From positions 124,001 through 188,000 of the forward strand of contig NIVC01001481.1 of NCBI GenBank assembly GCA_002269645.1: a stretch of 64,000 bases of DNA. Direction: 5' to 3'. The translations under genes were made by a program, and so were the position numbers. The stretch's first letter is position 1. Each line of letters starts with the position of its first letter. The notes under the pieces were generated by a model. It was not told the DNA's origin. It saw only the letters and a list, made by a program, of their open reading frames with translations, and made no database searches. This DNA is from Macrostomum lignano. Lineage: Eukaryota. Positions 10,967-24,220 of the stretch are shown here, piece by piece.

Positions 10967-11919
10967 GGCTGAACGGGGCTTTTGTGAGTTGAATGAGAAA
11001 TATTTTTTAATTTGGCTTTCATTCGATAATGTAAGTCATTTAAATCATTCACACAATGGAAAGTTGCTTTAAGGTTAGATAAGGAGTTGTCTGTTGACGA
11101 CAAACATTTCGGCGCTTAATGCTGCCAGAGCGAACAACTCAACTCGACTCACTCAATTGGAGTTCTGATTGGTCTGCTCTCGGCACGAAAAATAGACCAG
11201 ACTTTAGCAGAGGTCAAAGATAGCTATGATAAAATCCAAATTTCAAGTGTTTTGCAACTAAGTGCACGTGATTGTGCTCGTGACAGAGGTAAAAATTTTA
11301 GCCTTGTAAATACTTTAAAGAGCAACGGGTTTTTCAATTTATGCGTTCTCTAAGAAAAACCCTGCTAAAAGTACAAGTACTTCATATTAGTCTGGTAGTC
11401 AGGACTTTTTACGATCCGTTAACCGGACTAATACAGACAATATAACTTTGAAAACCGAGATTTACTATAGTGCCAAAGAACAAAAGCAATTCATTTATAT
11501 TTTACAAGCTTTGTTTAAGAAGGTAAAAATATTGCTTAAGGCACTTGGACACGTATCCTAAATTATTCTCTATTCTTTACAAAGGGGCATTATTCATAAG
11601 TTCTTATCCAACTCCTTGCTAAGCGCAAACGGAGAACTCAAAAAGGCGAATGCTAGTAGTCTAATGCTAGTAGTCTCTTATCAGTTTAGTAGCTAAAATA
11701 CGACTAGAATTTCCATAGCAGCGACACACACACGAACTTAAAAAATCAGAACAGCTCACTAGACTGTTTGAATTCCAGTAAGTCACTCAGAAAAAAAGAG
11801 GGGCAGTCAGTCAGGGTGGCCATAGCAATGAACGGTGCGTACAATAAGTACGTAGTGAGCAGTCAGTTGTGACAAGTTGTAAGCGAAATGATGCTGTTAA
11901 GAACATCAGATTGAGCTAA

Positions 11920-12800
11920 TAACCTCCCAGTTGCATCACCGACTTTCCAGGACGTCAGATTGCGCTAACACGAGTAATCTCTCAAATGTGTCACCGGACT
12001 CCCAGTACCTCACATTGCGCCAATAATCGCCCAAACGTCTCACAGCACTCCCAGAACCTCACATTGCGCCAATAATCTCCCAAACGTCTCACAGCACTCC
12101 CAGAACCTCACATTGCGACAATAATCTCCCAAACGTCTCACAGCACTCCCAGAACCTCACATTGCGCCAATAATCTCCCAAACGTCTCACAGCACTCCCA
12201 GTACCTCACATTGCGCCAATAATCTCCCAAACGTCTCACAGCACTCCCAGAACCTCACATTGCGCCAATAATCTCCCAAACGTCTCACCGCACTCCCAGA
12301 ACCTCACATTGCGCCAATAATCTCCCAAACGTCTCACAGCACTCCCAGTACCTCACATTGCGCCAATAATCTCCCAAACGTCTCACAGCACTCCCAGTAC
12401 CTCACATTGCGCCAAAAATCTCCCAAACGTCTCACAGCACTCCCAGAACCTCACATTGCGCCAATAATCTCCCAAACGTCTCACAGCACTCCCAGTACCT
12501 CACATTGCGCCAATAATCTCCCAAACGTCTCACAGCACTCCCAGAACCTCACATTGCGCCAATAATCTCCCAAACGTCTCACAGCACTCCCAGAACCTCA
12601 CATTGCGCCAATAATCTCCCAAACGTCTCACAGCACTCCCAGAACCTCACATTGCGCGAATAATCTCCCAAGTGTCACCGCACTCCCAGAACCTCAGACT
12701 ACACTAATAATCTCGCAAATGAGTCACCACACTCCCAGAGCCTCAGACTACACTAATAATCTCCCAAATGTGTCACCGGACTCCCAAAACCTCAGCCCTA
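11920..12800 (+). repeat. 49-bp minisatellite (ctcccagaacctcacattgcgccaataatctcccaaacgtctcacagca), about 14 near-perfect copies with degenerate copies at both ends
   Basis: Period measured between unit starts at 11999 and 12048. The homogeneous core runs about 11999-12670. Confidence 0.95.
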
Positions 12801-14215
12801 GTCAGCTAACAAAAAATAAACTATTAAACTAAAATACTATAAAATCTATAAAAATGAATCAGAATTCAATTCGAGTGATAGAGCGCTTAATTAATTTCTC
12901 TCTAGTGAGCGAATCAATGTTGTTGTATTTAAATTACAGCTACCATGAATAAATAACTGTATATAACTCATAATCTGCCCACAAACTGCTTTTAATAATT
13001 GGAATTCAAGAATTGGACACTTTCTGCAAAAAAACAGAGTATACATAATTTCATAATCAATAATGAAGTCCAAATTTGCATCAGAGAGAATCTTATTGAA
13101 AAGGAAATTGTCTACCAGATAGATATCACGCAACAAAACAGACAGTTTATAGTAGAATTTCAAACATTAAAAATTAATTAATATTTTTGGTTTGACAAAA
13201 CAAGAATGTAGAAAAGCGCCATCCAACCACCTGCACATCAGGAATGAACTGTAGATTTTACTATCATACAAACGAAAATCTGAATAAACATTGCATTATT
13301 TTCCAAAATCGATCAAGATCACAATTTACACCGTAGTACCGTACAAAGCTGAAATTAATTCCACAAATTAAGGGAGGGCTAAACTGACACCCAGTTTTTC
13401 ACCAGCTGAAAAACATTTTCATTTAAAGCATCAAAATTCTATAATCATTGGGATTATTGGCATTACAAGACTGTCTATCAATCGTCAAATTTGAATAAGC
13501 TGTAAACATGTAGTCTGCAGACTTGAGCAACTTCTTTGGGTCAGATTGTAAAGGCCTGGGTAGGGATGTTGCTATGTTATTCGATTTTGAACTCTTTTTC
13601 ATTCACTGACGAAAGATGCGACGTCAATTCCGGCTTTCAATGTGGCATCCTGAATGCACCCTGGCAACCAGCTTGTAACATTTCGGGGAGGCTTGATAAA
13701 TAAAGTTTACTAAATATCATGCATTAATTAGTATTGTCAGTTTGAAGCGATAGTACACACACGGTGAGTGGGCACCAACAATTCTTTACAATATTAGAAC
13801 ACATCGCAACCATACTACTATTTAGTAGGAAACATAGAATATTAATTTCTTCAATGACAAACTGAACTCTGGATTCAAGACAACGCTACAAGAAAATACA
13901 GCGATATGGAAACTGTGGAGATATAACGAAGGATTATAATTAATAAACACAATAGCCAAGTATAAAAATATTGTGTACTGCAGTTTTTTGCGCAGAAATT
14001 AAAATTGAAAGTGTGACACAATCGCTTATCTTTTTTGTTTAAAACAACGACGAGACAAACGGGAAAAGAGCAAAGACTGGAAGCACATGCAACTGGGACA
14101 GATTTCATTTTTCTCGATAACAGAGCTCGTTAATATACAGTGACTGCATAGTCTGCTTATTATGTAATCAACAGCTATAGTAGCCTTGGCGTGAGACAAC
14201 GGACAGACAGCTAGA

Positions 14216-15549
14216 CTAGCAGCACTTCTTCTTAGACGACTGTCCAGGACTGACTCGGGTGATTCTCACGCCTCCGCCTGTGCCGCCACCGTCGGATGCG
14301 GCGCTCTGCGCACCCTTGGTCTTCAGAATCTCCGACGTTATTGTGCGAAACATCTGCAAATAACCATACGTACGGGGATTTATGACTGACTGGCTGACTG
14401 ACTGACTGGCTGACTGACTGACTGACTGACTGGCTGACTGACTGACTGAGTTACTGATTGACTGACTGACTGACTGGCTGACTGATTGACTGACTGATTG
14501 ACTGACTGACTGACTGAATGATTGACTGACTGACTGACTGACTGAATGATTGACTGACTGACTGACTGACTGACTGACTGACTGACTGACTGACTGACTG
14601 ACTGACTGACTGACTGATTGACTGACTGACTGACTGAATGACTGACTGATTGACTGACTGACTGACTGACTGACTGATTGACTGACTGACTGACTGATTG
14701 ACTGACTGAATGACTGACTGACTGACTGACTGACTGACTGACTGAATGACTGACTGACTGACTGACTGACTGACTGACTGACTGACTGACTGACTGACTG
14801 ACTGATTGACTGACTGACTGACTGAATGACTGACTGATCTATTAAGTTGCAATCGACAATGCAGAAGTTCCGAAGCCTTACCAAGTCAACATTAACATTG
14901 TCCTTAGCCGAGGTTTCAATACTCGGCACTCCGTATTCGTTAGCAACTGTTTTCAAATCCGAGGTTGCCACCGCTTTAGTCTCGGGACTGTCGTTCTTGT
15001 TGCCAACTAATTGGGTTTAAAAATAGAGATGCAGTTTTAAGATTTTATTTTTATAATTAGAAAAACATGAAAAGCTACTTTTAGTAGAATGAATGGCTAT
15101 CCTTAGCTCATCCACAGCCTAACTGAAATTATTACTGTTATTATTATTATTATTATGGTTATTCTTACCTAGCAGCTTAGACACATTCGATGGACAATTA
15201 TGGTTAATCTCCTCGAACCAGCGTTTAACGTTGGCAAAAGTGGGGCCAGAATTGACATCGTAAACCACAATGATACCGTGCGCACCTCGATAATATGTGG
15301 CAGTGATTGTGCGAAATCGTTCCTGACCTGCATTGCAGAGAAATTCAAAGTTAGTCATGGTTAACTAAGAAACTGCAAATTTCACAAATCTCCATCAGAA
15401 CTAACCAGCCGTGTCCCAAATCTGCAGTTTCACTCTGACTCCATCAATGTCGAGCGTTTTTATTTTGAAGTCAACACCGATGGTAGTGATGTAGTTGCTT
15501 GAAAATGTGTCATCAGTGTAGCGCAGGAGAAGAGCACTCTTGCCCACTC
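14216..15549 (-). CDS. RAB35: Rab35-like small GTPase, exons 2-5 (15549-15406, 15327-15169, 15006-14882, 14353-14216); exon 1 is at 31165-31111
   Basis: All junctions are GT-AG with matching phases. The spliced CDS is 621 nt = 206 aa: ..[100 protein letters not shown] and the basic CC prenylation tail are Rab35-type. Confidence 0.9.
14383..14837 (+). repeat. (GACT)n tetranucleotide microsatellite filling Rab35 intron 4
   Basis: About 450 bp of gact with occasional gatt/gaat/ggct variants. Confidence 0.97.
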
Positions 15550-18500
15550 CTACAGATGGATAAAAAGAGTTGCATTGCCTCAACAGTAGCTGTCACAAAC
15601 ACTACATGGACTGTTGGACTTCTTTGAGTATGGTGCTTTACAGAATTTAGAAAGCTCAAGACTATAACAGTATAACAATATGAGAGAAAAATTTTTTTGG
15701 TTATTACAATATGTACTTAGAAACCTTTGAGATTATTTAGAGCAAAAATAGTTTCCTGGAATTATAGGATACTGATAAAATGGAATATTTTTGACATAAA
15801 CTTTATATTTAATAGGTGTCTAATTATGATCTAAGAAAAAATTAGATAATTTATTATTGATAATAATTAATAATCTCTATTTGAAGTGTCCTAAGGTGAA
15901 GTATTCTAAAGTATCATTTTCTGTATAGTTTGTCCAATATATTACTTAGTATCCTTGGCTAAGATCCTTGCTTATATTTATGCAAAGATATAATACTAGC
16001 TTTCAATAAAAAAGAACATACTTTCTATATATTCTTTATAATAAAACAACTGACTAAGTGTGGTAGTGCAAACTCCCACTGAAGTTTTATTATTTTAAAT
16101 TTTCTAATAACATATTACAGACTGATGGTGGACTTTCCCATTTTGCTATCAACCCGTTTGTGGCCCTATCTGCCCACCTTGTGGCGCAGTTCTATGACCT
16201 ATTTTTGGTCCCCATTCTGGCCTACCCGCCCTTTTTCTGGCCTTGCATGTCCCTTGTTCTGTTTTTATTCTTTTCCCCTCTGTATTTTCTGCGGACACTT
16301 TTGCTCGCCAAGTTCTGGACCCCAGTGTCCATGCCCTGTCCCCATTCTCTGAACCACTTTGCCCACCTTCTGCTCCCCCTTTTTGTATTTATTTGGCCTC
16401 ATTTGGCCCAATTCTGTAAAGTTCTTCTTCCTCCTCTTCCTGCTCTCCTCAACTATTTTCTCGAATTTTTGCTTAACTAGTGCTCCATGGAATAGACCCT
16501 AATACATTAATTGCGACTAGCTAATTTCTTTGCTTAGACTCATCCAATCTTTAATTTAGAGCCTCACACTATGGCTCCCCTGGCATCATTTATTGTCAAG
16601 TCAACCTGAACATTAATACTTTGCCAGCCTACTAATAATAATAAAACAAACATCAACCTACTTAATATCTTTTGCTTAATACTTAATTGAGAGCCGTAGC
16701 CTATCTTAAGTCATTTGCCCATGGGCATAAAATAACCAAGTTCTCAACTTAAGGAGAGCCCTGAGACTTCAACATTCCATAATACATGAGAAATTTTGCT
16801 GAGATTTGTCTGAGTGATTTTCTGGATTTAATTTGTCTTCGCTGGCAGTAATTCAAAAGTCAGAACTGCCCCAATTTGGTGTCAAACCAGGCAACAAATT
16901 TTCATTTCTCCACCCCACCTCAAAAGCTTGCTTTATATGTACATGGAGCATGTGTATTTTGCAGAGTAGAAAAGGCGGAGCACAGAGCAGGGATACAAAG
17001 AGCCTTATAGTAGGCCAGAGTGATGAGTCTTTGTCCCCTAGCCTTCAGACACGCAGATTCCCTAGAGGGTGAACCAGCCAATTGGGGCTAGGCCCACGCT
17101 GCAAAGAGAGGCAAGTGACACATCCTTGCCAAGACAGTGCATGAGACACCAAGGACAATAGACTGCCTAGGGGCAGAGTGCACTCTCTGCTACAATAATA
17201 TATTTTGACTTAATTTTCTTGTTTTTTAATCTTCTTTTATATTCAATAAAAATTCTTCTTTATTGGTATTTTTTCTGGTATTTGTATTTCTTCTTTATTC
17301 TTCTTCTTCTTTATAGGTATCAATAAATCAATAACTTTCTAGAGCAAAAGAACTAATTCAATATTATAGACAATTTATCTTCAAGCATTTTTGTCCAGGC
17401 CTCTTTATCTAATTTTAACAAGGTAATTTCATTTAAAATACAAGACAATGTCCAAAAATTAGGATAGTTTTTGAAAATTCTGTTGCTTTTAAGTTGTGTC
17501 AGACAAAGTGCCTATCAAACCCTGTCTATAAAATTACCACATTAATTATTTAATATTAATATTATGACCTTGTTAATAGGCTATGCATTGAAATAATACT
17601 TTGCTTATTGATCATGATAATATTGTGGTAGGTGGGTGCCTCCCACTGAACTGTTTGAATTTTGTCTTGTTTTTGATCGTTAATTTGTCATTTGTCCTGG
17701 GTTTGGCCCTCCTATGTCCACCTTAAGGTGCTGCCCTAATGTCACCCTCCCATCATCTCCCGCTCCCTGGTTCTGGCCCCCGCCCCCCAGTTCTGGCCTT
17801 TGTATCCCTTTAACTGTTTATTGTTAATTTTGCCTATCTTCTCTGTCTTAATTTTTGTTTGGCTGTAATTATGTCTGCAATGTCCATTTTAATTAACATT
17901 TATCCTTTTTATGTTTGTTATGTGCCACTGTATGTACTGTTCTATAGTATTTATAGCTCGATGTGAGCACCATCGAAATAGTTTGTCTTTCGTTTGTTTA
18001 GGTTTTGTTTGTTGCTATTCCTCCTTTACCTTTGAACCATTAACTTCTCATACCTTAATACTTGGTTACCCAATTACTTGGAAGTTAATCAACAACTAAT
18101 AGTGTCTAATTTATAGTCGCCTTTGCGGCACCACCTCGCATCTCGTAATATTTGTCACATTAGTAATAATTATCTACAACTTATCTTACTTTCATTAATA
18201 AACTTATTCAACTTATTACTTGTTGCTTATTTAAGACTATAGCTTATCTTGAGTCATTTGCCCATGGGAGTAAAATCTTGAGGCATAAAATAACCCAGTC
18301 TTATCTCAAAGAATCACTTTAGAGAAGGTGGCATGGTGGCTCAGCCATTGCTTCAGGTATCTGCCAAGGTGCTTGGCATCTCAGCCAATTGATGGCTAAT
18401 GGAAATCAAAACCCATTGCTGAACTATCGCTTTACTTCTGCTGGCTTTGCTGTTTTAATTACAACGCTATTAAACAAACATTTTTCGGAAGTCCTGTATT

Positions 18501-20123
18501 CTCAAATGCTTTTTAAATTAGGCAGCCAAACTAACTGTTTATTGATAAAAAATCCTTGTTGCACGCCATTTTCCGTTACAATGAAAGTTTTTATTCTTTG
18601 GAAATTTCCATGAACATGCTTAATAAACCTTTGCACACCTCCCATGTGAGTTCATGTCTAAAGTGAATGTATCTTGTCTATCTTGAATGTTGGTTGACTA
18701 AAGTGAAATGGAGATTCAGCAGCTTAGACCAGACTGTTTAAGGAGAAGTGGTGTTTGTTGAAAGTGAAAGGGAGTTTTGCCTAGATCTGGATGTGCATTT
18801 CCTTACTTGCTTATGTAAATAGATAGAAGTGTAGCACCACAAAGCTTAGCTGTCAATACTAAAACAGAGTTTGTCAATAGTGAATATAGATTCGGGGCTC
18901 CAGTCTAAAAGTGTCTAAACTGAAGTTCCGATTGTCTAAAGTAAAACGGAGTTTGTTCAAAAGCAAAAGTAAAATGGTGTATTAAGACAACAATATTTTG
19001 CATTAAGCTTTTTAGTATTTTGCATATAGCCTTTTTATAAATGTGCTTATTCTGCTATTATCTTATATGAAACATTTGATATAAAAATGTTTTATTCTTC
19101 TACCATTAATCTCCCCTTAAAAACACCCATGCCTTATGCTCATTATATATTGCACAAAGTGATTATTTGTAAAACTTTATATACTTATATAACTAGCTAT
19201 CCTAAATATAATTGTCATTTATTATTCACTGTTCATAATGGTTATTTTGATAATAAAAATTGTTTTAATATATACACCATTTTTACTAAACCCACTATAA
19301 ATATGAGTCCAAAGCATGAATTGGGAGGTAAGAGCAACTTGTATTCCCTTGTCTTAGCGACAAGCACTTTGTCCAAAAATTGCTCCCTGTCTTTGCTGAA
19401 CAAATGTTCTAAAAATAGCTTAGTTGTCACTGTTTGTTATTTGAAGGCATTTAGCCTTCCTTCCCCAAGAGCAATTAGATATGTATAATCCATCCTTACC
19501 TCCCTCTTCTCAGGATATATAGTCCCTCGCCATTCTTCCAAGATGGTATAATTGCTTCCTTGGCAACCCCACATCATTTTTCTCTCCTATTAGAACAGGC
19601 ATATTGCTTCCCCTACTCTCCTTCTAGACATTCTGCCTAACCTAGCATTCTATTAACTCCCCAATCCCAACTCACTGTTTGCTCAGGCCCTTGCTTATTC
19701 TTAAACACTCTCCTAATTATTAGGTATCCTTTACTTTTTCACCCAATTAAACACTCTATCCTCTATGCTAGCATTCTCTATTAGTTATTGAAATTCCCCA
19801 TTAGTGTCTCCCATTTCCCAGGCAACTATGATCTACCACATAGCCTTTCCCTTCTTCCTATTTCCTTCCTTGGACTGATTAGACAGTTTTTTTGCTACTT
19901 GGACACTTAGGCCCTCAAAGGAATCTCTAATGCATACTTTTTAGAGTAGTATTATTTAAATATTTTCCCCAATTCCAAGAAATTCCCAAGTAAACCTTAT
20001 CTTTGAGACCCAATTATTGCATAATAAAACTAGAAGCACTAAGCCCAACAAATTCTTAAACCTAGAACCTGTATGACACTATTTGCCTATCACATTATTT
20101 AACTTGGCTACATGTGTACCATA

Positions 20124-21445
20124 CAAGGGGTGATCAAAAAAGTTCTGCAACCTTTTGTTATAGCTTTTAGTTATAGAATTGGCAAAAGCCAAAAACTTAC
20201 ACATATGCGGCTATATCTGTTTGCTATATTTATATGCATTTTTGGCTTCCAAATGTACCCCAGTAAAATTTCACAGCCATATATTTTCTATGTGTTTTCA
20301 GTAGCTGATGGAAACATCAAAAGACAGTGTTTGCTTCTATATCTTTATGTGCATGCAACTTGGTTGCAAAGTGACTGAGATTCACACCAATCTGGTGAAT
20401 GTTTTAGCTGACTCTGCTCTATCATTGACACGGTTGCCCACTGGCTGTACCATTTCTTAGAAGGCTGGGACAGCTTCAACAATAAACCGAGGTCTGGCCA
20501 ACCCCAGACATCCGTGACCCAAGATGTCGTGGCTCATGCCAATGCAATAATTCGTGAGGATTGGAGCATTATGCTGTGATTCATTGCCTATGAGCTTGGT
20601 TTCAGCTCTGGAAGTGCTCATAAAATCATGCATGAGCAACTAGGCTGCACAAAGACCTGCGCTTGGTGGGTACCCCATCTTCTCACTCTGGAGCAGCAAG
20701 CAGAGGGTGCACATCTGTCACTTGTGGGTGCAAATGTTTGAGCCCCATAGCCCACGACGCCTGTTGGATGTCATCATAGAATATGAATGTTGGATCTCTT
20801 TCTTTTACCATGAAGGATAAGCAGTCCAACATGGTCTGGCTGGCAGAAGATGAGCCAAGGCCTGAGGTGCTGAAGACCGGATTCCACAGTCAGAAGCAGA
20901 TGTTCAACATTTTTTTCAACTCCCAGGGTGTTGTAGCAGTGAAAATCCTTCCAGCGGGTGCCACAGTGACTGCCAGGTACTACACAGACACTGTTTTGCC
21001 AGGCGTGCTGCAGGAGCGGCAGAAACGTGTGCTAACCAGGCATGGACCTTGACTCCTGCTGCACCATGACAATTAATGCGGCACCGCACAGAGCGGCCTA
21101 AACTATGGAGTACCCAGAGCAGCAGGGGGTCCGGCTGCTGCCCCATCCACCCTATTCTCCAGACCTAGCACTGTGCAACTTTTGGCTATTCTTGAGGATC
21201 AAATCTGTCATTTCTAGGAGGCCATTTTCACGCATGCAAGACCTTGCCCAAGCGGTACATTCAGCTCTACAGGGTATACCAACTTTGGAGTACCATGACT
21301 GCTTTCAGACATGGTGCACACGTATGCGACAGTGCATAGATAGTGGTGGAAAGTACTTTGAGGGAATGTGACACTGATTAGACGCCTTGGCTTCTGTAGC
21401 ACTGAGTTGTGAGGTCACTTGCAGAACCTTTTTGATCACCCCTTG
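20124..21445 (+). mobile_element. Full-length but decayed mariner (Tc1/mariner, DD34D-type) DNA transposon, 1322 bp
   Basis: 27-bp TIRs CAAGGGGTGATCAAAAA(A/G)GTTCTGCAA with one mismatch; TA duplications at 20122-20123 and 21446-21447. Broken transposase retains WVPHLL, HHDN and HPPYSPDLA motifs, with stops and frameshifts. Confidence 0.95.
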
Positions 21446-24189
21446 TATGTTAAAACATTCTTTTTTGATAATTGGTATTGCCTAAAGATTTATAATTATA
21501 TAATTAACAAGAAAAAAACATATAATCCTTTTATATTAAGAATACTAATAATAAAAATTATATTAAGTATATAATATATATTAAAATTGTATTTAATATC
21601 ATGATTTTGCATAAAAACATGTTTCTTAGAAAAAATCAAATATGAAACAATAATATGTTTACAATAGTCACAGTTAATAAATTTCTTGCAAAAATAGTGT
21701 AACTTGTCTTCAATTTAACTTTTGTAAAATTGTCTAATTGGTCTAAGTTTTATCTTATTTTAAAACATTTGTATTGCACTTTAAATAAATTGACTCATTT
21801 TTTTGTATTTTATATAACATAACTTTTTTCTTTATAAGTAGCACTATTTCAGTCATATTTGCTTTTTTATTTGTGCTAAAAATTTTAAATCTTACTATCT
21901 AAAGTCTTTATAAAAGTAATATAAAAATATTTAAAGTATATATGCCATTCAAAAATAAGACTTTATGTTGTTTAAAAAGTAGTAAAAGTTTTATAAAACA
22001 ACATTATTATTAGTCATTAACATGTATTCTTCTACTGATTAAAATTATATAAAATATCATATAGAATTAATATCCCATAGCCCTTAGGAAAAGGCCTGAA
22101 AAAACCAAGCCAAAGGAAAAGGAGACCAAGCAAATTTTTGCCAAAGATAAAGCCAGACCATCTATCTAGCCCCCCCCCTCCCATAGTCTGGATCATACTA
22201 GGTGAATGCCCAAAAATTGAATGGCTTTTTATGTTTTATTAGAATGTAAGATTTTAAGTTATTCTTAAAATTGTAAGGGAATTATAATGAATGCCAAATT
22301 TTTAAGTACATGCCCACTTTCAAATCTATGCTGGTGTTTTAACAATAAATGACCTTTTATGTTGCAACAATAAATGACCTTTTTGAATTGGTAAGGGACC
22401 TACTCTGGCTAATAATTTGGTTGCTTTTTTGCATGTACTATTTGTGTGAAAATGAATGCCCTGTTAAAAGTTTTAAAAATCTTGAAAGCTTGAAATTTAT
22501 GCTTAAAAATTAACTTTATCTTTTCTCTCTTTTTATCATTCATATATTTTCCACTGAACACTAAGTTTTCTCTGCATGATTCTATAAAGTGCATGCCAGG
22601 TGTGCACACACTATTTTCTAAGGAATGATACATGCATGCCAACTGTGCAAGCCTAGCTTTTGATATGCAAAGCCAATGAATACCCAAATTTTTAGGCAGG
22701 CATATAGACTACTTGATATAGAGTGTGGTACTCATAATAGTCATATTAAGCTATATGCAGTGTTAGGCATTATACTCAAAAAGTATTGATGAAAACCAAT
22801 ATTCCAATACCCTTTCTGAAAAAAGTATTGCCAATACCTGAAAGTCCAATACCCAAATTTGAGTATCAATGATACCCTAATTTTGATACTCTATTGCGAT
22901 ACCTAGTTTTTGCAAAAAGAATGCTTAACAAATATAGATGCATATAATTTAAGTCTTTCAGACCTTCTCCTAGATTTTTAAGGGGAATAAAGCAAGCTTA
23001 GCATTGTTTTAAATCTCAAAGCCTTCAATAAAACAAAAAAATAAAAGTAACAAATGAAAACCAATAGTTGCCACTGTAGTTGATCATTAACTATTTATTA
23101 ACCTTTGTAGTCATTCTTTTTTACACCTATTAGCATTGTAATTGTTTTAGTATAGTATGGCAGCCTGTCAGTCTACAATTGGTATACCTGTATGCTTAAT
23201 AGCTTAGCCTTGTTTTGTGGGTTGAGTACACTTATATGTGTACATGTACTCAGCCAGCCAGACCAAATGCTTTAAGCCAAGGTAGAGACTTTAAAGCCTT
23301 ACCTCTGATTAGGCAACATCTTGCCCTTCCACTCTCTATACATGGTTATCTAATTGCATCACTTTTCTTCCCTTTACTCAACTTGGCCTTCCAATATATG
23401 CTTCCAAAATAGTGGATTTATTTATTCATTGCTGTATGCATGTACACATGCATGTATGTTTGCATATGTATGAATCGTTCACTAAATTGCTTGTGTTACT
23501 AGTGTAGCACTAGTGTATTTGCTTATTATAGAATTTGTAGAATTGATCAACAATCAGTAACTGACAATGTTGCAGAACTTGCAACATGATAATTGACTAA
23601 AGTATTTATAGGCGTAGGCTATTTTAAAAAATTCTAAAAACTTGCTTTAAGATCAAAAGTGTTAATTATTTCAGCTTTATTGGTGTAAGACCAAGATGGC
23701 TACAACATTGAATATATTATATCTATTCTCTTAACCATTAAATAGCAACTTAATAGCTGTTATTATATTAATTATTATATTTAATCAATCATTCAACTAT
23801 TGGTAATGTAGTAATAATAGTATGAAAAGAGGATAAATACACCAAAAAAGTATTTTGTGCTATGCTACTTATTAGAGCTGTCAAAATTAGAGATTTTATT
23901 ATTCGAGACAAGATTTGAGACGAGAAAGGCTTATAAGTCGAGAAATTTGAGACGAGATGAGACAAAGTAAATCTTAAAAAATATATTTCAGAATTGCATC
24001 TTGTCTTGCTCTTGTCTTGTTTTATCTTGTCCTAAATTTCTTGACAAGATACAATTCTAAAATCTATTTTTTAGATTTTTTAGAATACTTTTTTAATTCT
24101 AGTTTTAATTCTTTGCTTTTATTCATAAGCATTTATGCTTGTAGCATATGGGCCCTACTATTACTAATTGTAATTAGACCTGCAAGGCC

Positions 24190-24220
<31 letters not shown>

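Noticed and set aside
11999-12670. CRISPR-like appearance of the regular arrays (also the 42-, 33-, 34-, 80- and 21-bp arrays)
   Set aside because: The units are contiguous with no unique spacers, there are no cas genes, and the context is eukaryotic.
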